Positions 57,685 to 64,000 of a stretch of 64,000 nt of DNA are shown in pieces. Within the stretch, counting starts at the first letter, position 1. Every line of letters starts with the position of its first letter. The notes beneath the pieces are model-generated. The model saw nothing but the letters and a program-made list of their open reading frames with translations, searched no databases and was not told the origin of the DNA. A program made the translations under genes and the position numbers. Where the stretch lies: positions 3,710-67,709 of IMG/VR virus record IMGVR_UViG_3300020718_000012; one strand, 5' to 3'. The DNA is from a virus. Taxonomy: Duplodnaviria; Caudoviricetes.

Positions 57685-58223
57685 GAAACTCAACTATAAT
57701 TGTAAAGAAAAAACGCTGTATTAATTGTGGTAATATTGATTATCACTTTTCTAAAAAAATGTGTAAGCAATGTGCTACTATAGCTTCTACTCAAAAACGT
57801 ATGGAAGAATTTGAAGATGATTCTGAAAGTTTTAATAATTTGGTTCAGGATTTAGACCATGTTTTTAGCCAATATATACGAAATAAACATGCAGATAAAA
57901 ATGGAATAGTTGAATGTTATACATGTGGTAATAAACACACTATAGCTGAAATACAATGTGGACACTTTATGGGTAGAACTAACTTAGGAACCAGGTGGAT
58001 GGAACAAAATTGCAGACCACAATGTATGGAATGCAACTATTTTAAAACTGGCAATATTGAAGAATTTGAATATAAGCTACATAAAGAAAATGGATCATTG
58101 GTTGAATATCTTAGAGAAACAGCAAGACAAACAGTTAGACCTACTAGAGATGAGCTAAAAAGCTTAGTTTTAGAATATAGAGCTAAGTTAAACTTGGTAA
58201 AAAAGAAATTTATTAATAAATAA
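57681..58223 (+). CDS. NinG/Rap-like recombination endonuclease
   Basis: LDHVFSQYIR...CYTCG...QCGHF...RWMEQNCRPQCMECN...GN. Confidence 0.8.
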   Translation: MRNSTIIVKKKRCINCGNIDYHFSKKMCKQCATIASTQKRMEEFEDDSESFNNLVQDLDHVFSQYIRNKHADKNGIVECYTCGNKHTIAEIQCGHFMGRTNLGTRWMEQNCRPQCMECNYFKTGNIEEFEYKLHKENGSLVEYLRETARQTVRPTRDELKSLVLEYRAKLNLVKKKFINK

Positions 58224-58271
58224 TTTGTATTTTTACGGAAGTTATCATAGTTTAGTAGATTTAGTAGTTTT

Positions 58272-58302
58272 ACCCCCTGCCTTAAAGAAGTAGGGGGTTT
58301 TT
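58272..58302 (+). terminator. Intrinsic terminator
   Basis: ACCCCCTGC..GTAGGGGGT followed by TTTT. Confidence 0.7.
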
Positions 58303-58337
58303 AATTATATCGATCACATTAAAATGATTTATCAATC

Positions 58338-58786
58338 AAAAAACGGCTTTTTTGAGCTATAAATTGGAAATATGTTTCTAAAAATGCATTTTTTGATGTG
58401 TATTTTTTGAAAAATTCATGCAAATTGGAATTATAATTCTAAAAAATTGCTGTGTTTAAATTATAATAACTTGTCATAAATGTCACAATTTTATATAAAT
58501 ATGTGACATATAAGGGATGTTCCCGACATCAATGTCGGAAACATAAAGTAAAGGTAAATCTTTACAAAAGTTGGTATAAAGTAAAGGCAATGCTTTACGA
58601 ATTGTCCCGTTTTTTATATAAAAAAGTAGACAAATTATGTGACAAATTAAGTAGTAATACTCCGATAATTAAGGAAATTATAAACTGTTCACCTATATAG
58701 TTTGTTCACTGCCGGTGAACGTTCACGTTTTCGTGAACAATATTATAAGTAAACATTGAGTAAAATTACTCAATACAATGAGTAAA
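58338..58786. repeat. Array of heterogeneous short palindromes
   Basis: About eleven inverted repeats of several families in ~450 bp (see findings). Confidence 0.75.
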
Positions 58787-58814
58787 TAAAAATACCATAA
58801 TTTAAATAAAAATT

Positions 58815-58865
58815 TAATTAAATTAATAATTTATTTTTTTAATTAAATTAATTAAATTAATTTTG
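58815..58865 (+). promoter_or_regulatory. Promoter with three TAATTAAATTAA boxes
   Basis: Boxes 58815-26, 58840-51, 58849-60; TAATTTTG 58858-65. Confidence 0.65.
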
Positions 58866-58883
58866 TTTAAAAATATATAAAAC

Positions 58884-59081
58884 ATGGCAAGAAGTATAAG
58901 TCCAGATTCAGTATCTAGTAAGGTTGCTGAACTAAAATTAGGAGAAAACATTAGATTAGATAATCCATATACATCTGTAATGGTTATGGTTTCTAACTTA
59001 AAAAAGAAAGTAGAACATCAGCATAAGCAATTTAAAATTAAGGTTATTGATGATGTAACTACAGTACAAAGAGTAAAATAA
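58884..59081 (+). CDS. Small basic putative DNA-binding protein
   Basis: 65 aa, first gene after the promoter. Confidence 0.55.
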   Translation: MARSISPDSVSSKVAELKLGENIRLDNPYTSVMVMVSNLKKKVEHQHKQFKIKVIDDVTTVQRVK

Positions 59082-59093
59082 AAACCCAAAACT

Positions 59094-59465
59094 ATGCATA
59101 TACAAACTATTAACTACACTAGAACTTTTAACTTAGGTAATTATTCTTCTGAAAAAATTGGTGTTGAATTTGCCCTTAATCAAGGCGATTCTGCTGGCAA
59201 AGCATTAGATGCTGCTAGAGAATTAGTTGAAGAATACCATAAAGAAAATGTAAAAAGATTGAGATCATTAGGTCATTTACATGATGATTCTGATGAAGAG
59301 CCAGTAGAAATTATTAAGACTCAGTCAAAACAATCATTAGCCGATAAAGCAATTCAATTTATTAAAGAATGTAAATCAGTTAAAGAATTGAAAGCTTGGG
59401 AACTAATGGCTAAAACAGATCCTTTAATATATTCTGCTTATTCTGCAAAACTAAACACCTTATAA
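59094..59465 (+). CDS. Hypothetical protein linked to exonuclease
   Basis: TFNLGNYSSEKI motif. Confidence 0.6.
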   Translation: MHIQTINYTRTFNLGNYSSEKIGVEFALNQGDSAGKALDAARELVEEYHKENVKRLRSLGHLHDDSDEEPVEIIKTQSKQSLADKAIQFIKECKSVKELKAWELMAKTDPLIYSAYSAKLNTL

Positions 59466-59467
59466 CT

Positions 59468-60187
59468 ATGAACTTTTCAAAAACTCTATTTAGATCATCA
59501 TCTATTGGGTACCTTTTAACTGAGCCTCAAACTAAGGCTGACAAAGAAGCTGGATTACTTTCTAAGACTGCACAAAAACATTTATTAGATGTTTATATAG
59601 CAGAAAAGTATGGCCGTAAAAAAGACATACAAACAAAACAAATGCGAAAAGGTGTTGAGGTGGAACAAGAGTCAATTAATCTTTTATCATTGTATTTAAA
59701 GAAGCCATTTTTTAAGAATGAAGAAAGATTTACAAATGATTACATTTCTGGACACCCAGACATTATTGATGAATGTATTATTGATATTAAGTCTAGTTAT
59801 GACTTATGGACATTTATGGGCAACTTGCCTGATAAATTAGATAATCTATATTATTGGCAAATGCAAAGCTATATGTGGCTTACAAATAAGAATAAAGCTA
59901 TTATTGCATATTGTTTGGTAAATACTCCTGATTCAATTATAGAACAAGAGAAATATTATTTGCTTAAAAATATGGATGTAATTTCAGAAGAAAGTCCTGA
60001 ATATGTGAAAGAAGCAATGAAGTTAGAATTAAATATGAAGTTTGATGATATTGATATTGAAGAAAGAATATTAATGTTTAACATAGATAGAAGTGAAGAT
60101 GATATTTTAAAGATTCAATATAAAGTTGAAAAGGCAAGAGAGTTTTTATCAGAGATTGAAGAAAAACATTTAAATTTTAATAAGTGA
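59468..60187 (+). CDS. YqaJ/lambda-exonuclease-like PD-(D/E)XK nuclease
   Basis: MRKGVEVE...SGHPDII...IDIKSS...YYWQMQSYM. Confidence 0.85.
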   Translation: MNFSKTLFRSSSIGYLLTEPQTKADKEAGLLSKTAQKHLLDVYIAEKYGRKKDIQTKQMRKGVEVEQESINLLSLYLKKPFFKNEERFTNDYISGHPDIIDECIIDIKSSYDLWTFMGNLPDKLDNLYYWQMQSYMWLTNKNKAIIAYCLVNTPDSIIEQEKYYLLKNMDVISEESPEYVKEAMKLELNMKFDDIDIEERILMFNIDRSEDDILKIQYKVEKAREFLSEIEEKHLNFNK

Positions 60188-60531
60188 GAGGAGCAAATAT
60201 AATTGGTGCCATTCAAAATTTGAGAATGGCAAAGGATCAATTTGAAGATTTTATTAGACAATATCCAGATTCAGCAGGATCAAAGTTATTTAAGCATTAT
60301 ATTAACAAAATTGACTGGATATTCTCTGATATAGTAACAATCCCATCTATAACTGATGAAGTAAGGGCTGGCATTCGCAAAGAAATTGTGAGTGATGTAT
60401 TTGCAGTACCTGCAATCTTAGAGAAAGTCGCCCTACTTTCACCAGAACAAAGAGAAATGATTGAAGATACAATAGATGCTATGTTAGCAGGAGAAGAAAT
60501 TAAAATAGTAGATATAAAATATATGCCATGA
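60184..60531 (+). CDS. Hypothetical protein
   Basis: GTG start overlapping the exonuclease stop. Confidence 0.65.
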   Translation: MRGANIIGAIQNLRMAKDQFEDFIRQYPDSAGSKLFKHYINKIDWIFSDIVTIPSITDEVRAGIRKEIVSDVFAVPAILEKVALLSPEQREMIEDTIDAMLAGEEIKIVDIKYMP

Positions 60532-60731
60532 CACCCATAGAGGAACTAATAGAAAAATTAAAAGTAAATCCAGTATTAAACGCAAATGTATTACATACGA
60601 TTGAGTCAATGGAATTATTAAAAAAAGAAGAGAAATTAATAGTAAATTCATTTAAAGATGGTTGGGCATGCGGAGCTGATTTCCATGCAGATCCGCAAGA
60701 TTATTTCAATAGAAAATATAAAACAAAATAA
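60528..60731 (+). CDS. Small phage protein, KEE...F...YF family
   Basis: MTPIEELIEKL...KKEEKLIVNSF...DYFNRKY. Confidence 0.6.
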   Translation: MTPIEELIEKLKVNPVLNANVLHTIESMELLKKEEKLIVNSFKDGWACGADFHADPQDYFNRKYKTK

Positions 60732-60732
60732 T

Positions 60733-60963
60733 ATGTCAAACGTATTTGAAGGAGCAGATTTTTGTATGCAATTTGATAATGATGAAATTCATGTAATTGC
60801 AGCAACAGAAAATTCAGACGGATTTATGGAAATAAAAATTACCCCAGTAATGGATGGTGGTGTAATGTTTCAAGATCCAACAACAGGTAAAAAAGTAAGA
60901 TTATTTTCTAGACCATTGTCAGATGCAGGTAGAAAATTATTAGAAGAACCAGAAAACGAATAA
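60733..60963 (+). CDS. Hypothetical protein
   Basis: Start moved to ATG 60733. Confidence 0.6.
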   Translation: MSNVFEGADFCMQFDNDEIHVIAATENSDGFMEIKITPVMDGGVMFQDPTTGKKVRLFSRPLSDAGRKLLEEPENE

Positions 60964-60965
60964 TT

Positions 60966-61277
60966 ATGGAAATAGATAAACAAAAAGTATTTGAAAAGTT
61001 AGAATTAAATGGTCTTTGTGCTTATTGTGGACAAAGAATAACATTAGAAAATATGCAAGTGGATTATATGATACCAAATGTAGATTCATTTGATAATCTT
61101 ATGCCTTGCTGTTATGAATGTAAATCTTATAAAGGGAATAAAGACATTGAAGAATTTAGAGAAGAATTAAAAAATATGCACAAACAAATAATGGCTTATA
61201 ATCAAGGGATTGCTATGAATTATGGCATAGTTAAAGTTTGGCCATATCATGGAAAATTTCTTTTTGAAAGATATTAA
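60966..61277 (+). CDS. HNH-fold protein with degenerate active site
   Basis: CAYCG...MQVDYMIP...NLMPCCYECKSYKG. Confidence 0.7.
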   Translation: MEIDKQKVFEKLELNGLCAYCGQRITLENMQVDYMIPNVDSFDNLMPCCYECKSYKGNKDIEEFREELKNMHKQIMAYNQGIAMNYGIVKVWPYHGKFLFERY

Positions 61278-61373
61278 AATATAACTATGATATATATAAT
61301 TATATTTGTTTTAATGGCAGTAGCAGCGTGGGTAGGTTATGATATAGGTAATACAGACATAGACGATAAGAAT

Positions 61374-61404
61374 AAAAAAACCCCCAAGTAGAAACTCAGG
61401 GGGT
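61374..61404 (-). terminator. Intrinsic terminator
   Basis: Minus strand CCCCCTGAG-TTTCTA-CTTGGGGG-TTTTTTT. Confidence 0.7.
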
Positions 61405-61447
61405 AAACGATTGCTTATTAACCATAAACCGTATGAAAAAAAACAAG

Positions 61448-62029
61448 TTAATTTCCTTTTAACGATAAAAAATCTTTAGTTGTTTTATCATTCCAAACTC
61501 CTTTATTATCTCTTAAAGCTTGAAATGCTCTAGTAACTTTACTATGAGTAATAATTTGTTCTGTTTTTGGTGCAGACACAGCATATTTGTAAGCTTTTAC
61601 CATTCTATCTTTAAATGAATTAAAGCTTTCTCCACCTTTAGGAGCATCAGTTGGTCTTGATACCCATTCTTTTTCTTTAAATGATCCTGCTTTTTTACCT
61701 TCATAATCTCCAATATTCCATGTACTAAGCAATTCATTAGTTGTGTGAGGAATACCAGCTTTTTTGGCAATAATAGTAGCAGTTTCAACAGCTCTTTTTA
61801 CTTTACTACTAACTATTTTCTTTTTACCAGCATCTTTAGCATGCTCTCCAATTTCTTCTGCATACTTTTTACCCCTTTCAGTTAGATTTGTTGGAGTTAC
61901 TCCATTTTCTAAACCTTTGGCAGTAGCATCATCTTCACCATGCTCATATATTTCTGTATCATCAATACGGATAGGTGCAACCTTAGGTGCATCTTCCTTT
62001 ACTCTCATCATTATACTTAACTTACTCAT
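61448..62029 (-). CDS. Histidine phosphatase (PGM) family protein
   Basis: EHGE...LTERG..YA..IG...SS..KRA.ETA...GESF...IITHS. Confidence 0.75.
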   Translation of the reverse strand: MSKLSIMMRVKEDAPKVAPIRIDDTEIYEHGEDDATAKGLENGVTPTNLTERGKKYAEEIGEHAKDAGKKKIVSSKVKRAVETATIIAKKAGIPHTTNELLSTWNIGDYEGKKAGSFKEKEWVSRPTDAPKGGESFNSFKDRMVKAYKYAVSAPKTEQIITHSKVTRAFQALRDNKGVWNDKTTKDFLSLKGN

Positions 62030-62310
62030 GACTTCTTATGTGTATTTGCAAATTTACGAGCAGATTCAACACTTCTAAATCCCCATGCTCTTAATGCTAA
62101 AGCTTTCCTTGTTGGTTCACCATTAGGTTTTTTCATTGGCCCTTTCATTCCAGCAAATCTTGCTGCAAAAGACACTCTTCTAGGGTTAGTTCCACCTTTT
62201 ACTGGAGCCTTTAAATGCCCACTATGAGCATGATTATATGAATCACGACCTTTTTGGTTTAGACCACCTTCTGGATTTTTGCCTTCTTTTCTTTCCCAAG
62301 CTTCAGACAT
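62026..62310 (-). CDS. Small basic conserved phage protein
   Basis: AWERKEGKNPEGGLNQKGR...RRVSFAARF...ALRAWG. Confidence 0.75.
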   Translation of the reverse strand: MSEAWERKEGKNPEGGLNQKGRDSYNHAHSGHLKAPVKGGTNPRRVSFAARFAGMKGPMKKPNGEPTRKALALRAWGFRSVESARKFANTHKKS

Positions 62311-62312
62311 AA

Positions 62313-62465
62313 CTATTTTTTTTCTTGTGCTTTAATTTTTTTTTCTTGTTTTAGCATTTCAGGAGTTGGTTTTTTACCACTTCCTTTATTTGCACGAATA
62401 TTATCCCATAAACCACGAGGTGAATATGAGCCATCTGCTCGTTTCATCATTTTTAACTTGTTCAT
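62313..62465 (-). CDS. Small basic protein, GLWDNIRA family (not in ORF track)
   Basis: 50 aa MNKLKMMKRADGSYSPRGLWDNIRANKGSGKKPT... Confidence 0.7.
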   Translation of the reverse strand: MNKLKMMKRADGSYSPRGLWDNIRANKGSGKKPTPEMLKQEKKIKAQEKK

Positions 62466-62743
62466 TATCCTTTCATTTCTTTGTACTTCTTATTTTTATC
62501 GTAAGCTTGTGGATGTTCTTTGTGCCATTTCTTAACGGCAGCAACACCTTCAGCTATTGTCATACTATGATCAACATCTGTTAAATCAATAGTTGTCCAT
62601 TTACCAAGATCAATATCAGGATGCGTTACCATGATATCTCCCTTTTTACCATTACCCATATTGTTTGGCTTTTCGTAAACAACATGTCTTTCACCACCAG
62701 CTTCGATGGTTTGTTTTTTCATTGACTTTAATGGCTTTTTCAT
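62465..62743 (-). CDS. Hypothetical protein
   Basis: 92-aa ORF. Confidence 0.65.
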   Translation of the reverse strand: MKKPLKSMKKQTIEAGGERHVVYEKPNNMGNGKKGDIMVTHPDIDLGKWTTIDLTDVDHSMTIAEGVAAVKKWHKEHPQAYDKNKKYKEMKG

Positions 62744-62755
62744 AAATTTTATTTT

Positions 62756-63511
62756 TTATTTGCCGTATCTAAATTTTAAAAAAGCTTTTAATCTTTCTTG
62801 TTTATCAGGTATAGTATCAACAGCATTTTTTACTGGAAATTCTCCGTATTTGTTAAAATAATTTTTTTGTGCTTCTGTATCATCCATAAGTCTTTGCTTT
62901 ACTTGCATAGCATTTAATAATTTTGCTCCTTTAGGAGATAATCCTTTAGATGCGCTATCTTGTTGTGCCATCATGGATGCATATGAAGGAACTTTATTCA
63001 TCATGTAATCTTCATAAGCTTTTTTATCTTTACCAAAATCAAAAGCATAATTAGCACTATTAACAAATCCTTTATTCGGATCAATTTTTGTTATACTAGA
63101 TTCAAGCAAAGGCTTATTTTCCATGTAATTGTTATAATCTTTTACTTTATCTAAACCTAATAAAAGATATTTAGTTCTTGCTCCAAGTAAATCATCAGCA
63201 AATGTACCAGCTTTTGTTTGCCCAAATTCTTTTTCCATATCAGCCAAGTGTTTTTGACCAAGTGGAGTTGATGCAAGTTGTTTAATTGCAGCTTCTTGAA
63301 ATTCTTTATTTGAACTTATAGGCAAACCATGAGTTTTTGCAGAAATAATTATTTCTTCAGGTGTTAATCCTGATTCAGCAAAACTATTACTTCTACCTGT
63401 AGGTGTTTTTTCTATTCCTCCTTGATATAAAGTTAAACCAGTTCCAGGAATTTTTTTTGGGCCTGGTCCATCATCTTCTATAGGTGCAGCTTGCATTACA
63501 GATAGTGCCAT
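62756..63511 (-). CDS. Hypothetical protein
   Basis: 251-aa ORF. Confidence 0.7.
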   Translation of the reverse strand: MALSVMQAAPIEDDGPGPKKIPGTGLTLYQGGIEKTPTGRSNSFAESGLTPEEIIISAKTHGLPISSNKEFQEAAIKQLASTPLGQKHLADMEKEFGQTKAGTFADDLLGARTKYLLLGLDKVKDYNNYMENKPLLESSITKIDPNKGFVNSANYAFDFGKDKKAYEDYMMNKVPSYASMMAQQDSASKGLSPKGAKLLNAMQVKQRLMDDTEAQKNYFNKYGEFPVKNAVDTIPDKQERLKAFLKFRYGK

Positions 63512-63538
63512 ATGTATAATTTTATGCTAATTTACGAA

Positions 63539-63832
63539 TTATTTTTTATTCTCAGCTTTCCAAATTGCTAAATCAATTCCACTCAATCCAGCTGGCGGCT
63601 CTAATTTATCATTTTTAAGCTCATTTTCGGCAGATTGCCTATTTAAGACCACTGATACCTTTTTATTTATATCTTCTATTTTTAAGGCTAATTCTATTGG
63701 AGAAATGGTATTCCCTTTAGGATGCTTCCTGTGCCAATATACTCGGCACTTGTCTGAGCAAAATTTTTTTTTAGATGATTGGCTTCCCATTTTTTGATTG
63801 CAATAAATGCAATTTGGTGTTCTGTTATTCAT
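63539..63832 (-). CDS. Zinc-finger putative DNA-binding protein
   Basis: CIYC...KKKFCSDKCRVYWHR. Confidence 0.7.
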   Translation of the reverse strand: MNNRTPNCIYCNQKMGSQSSKKKFCSDKCRVYWHRKHPKGNTISPIELALKIEDINKKVSVVLNRQSAENELKNDKLEPPAGLSGIDLAIWKAENKK

Positions 63833-63834
63833 GT

Positions 63835-63892
63835 GTTACGATTTGTTACGCTAAGTTACGATTTGTTACGATTAAATACAAAAATTGTTACG
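63835..63892. repeat. Helically phased GTTACG direct repeats
   Basis: GTTACG at 63835, 63845, 63855, 63865 and 63887. Confidence 0.8.
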
Positions 63893-64000
63893 ATTTTTTA
63901 TAATTCCCTTAATCCCCTACGAATCCCATCTATACCAAATTACCCCAAACTAATAGCCCCAACCCAAGCAAATCAGCAAGAGAATACCCCATCATCCAAT

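Noticed and set aside
58503-58700. 65-aa ORF in the palindrome array
   Set aside because: Runs through the inverted repeats with no recognisable family; likely incidental, though translation is not excluded.
1429-60359. Other CTGATGA hits (for example 1429, 59290, 60353 and several minus-strand hits)
   Set aside because: Inside coding regions and lacking stems II/III and an enclosing stem I.
177-62584. Short antisense or nested ORFs (for example 177, 500, 1742, 3486, 7381, 7524, 10759, 12892, 14863, 17025, 28160, 28817, 34138, 37784, 38051, 40648, 41944, 48874, 54351, 61764, 62366)
   Set aside because: Fully overlap well-supported genes and show no motifs.
1-64000. Stop-codon reassignment as in some crAss-like phages
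   Set aside because: Large genes are intact in code 11, TAG/TGA end genes at sensible boundaries, and no suppressor tRNA was seen.
1-64000. tRNA, rRNA, integrase/att site, DNA or RNA polymerase
   Set aside because: None recognised by eye; tRNAscan-SE and HMM searches are needed to exclude them.

Overview
AT-rich 64-kb window that looks like most of a tailed dsDNA phage genome with a probable Bacteroidota host: intergenic TAnnTTTG -7 promoter boxes and A-rich, SD-less start regions. All protein calls come from motif recognition; no database was searched. Layout: (1) 1-4.9 kb, small plus-strand early-type genes; (2) 5-10.2 kb, minus-strand lysis/accessory genes (GH108 endolysin, holin/spanin-like proteins, metallophosphoesterase, GIY-YIG endonuclease); (3) 10.3-14.7 kb, glycosylation island (methyltransferase-GT fusion; GT4 + Aah/TibC-like O-glycosyltransferase); (4) 14.8-51.3 kb, minus-strand podovirus-type morphogenesis module resembling crAss-related Bacteroidota phages (TerL, ~800-aa portal, scaffold, MCP, ring proteins, split nozzle, ejection proteins, 1839-aa fibre with ~700 aa of Gly-Thr/Ser-Ser/Thr repeats); (5) 52-56 kb, lambdoid-style replication genes (initiator with iterons, primase-helicase, SSB, HTH regulator); (6) 56-61 kb, recombination/nuclease genes; (7) 61.4-64 kb, small minus-strand genes. 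No polymerase, integrase, tRNA or CRISPR array was recognised. Two strongest observations: three covarying type I hammerhead ribozymes with identical stem I arms that cut the early operon into gene cassettes (possibly circularisable), and a candidate phage protein O-glycosylation system acting on a proline-free collagen-like Gly-Thr-Ser fibre. A recurrent TAATTAAATTAA promoter-spacer motif and a dense array of diverse palindromes are further unexplained signals.
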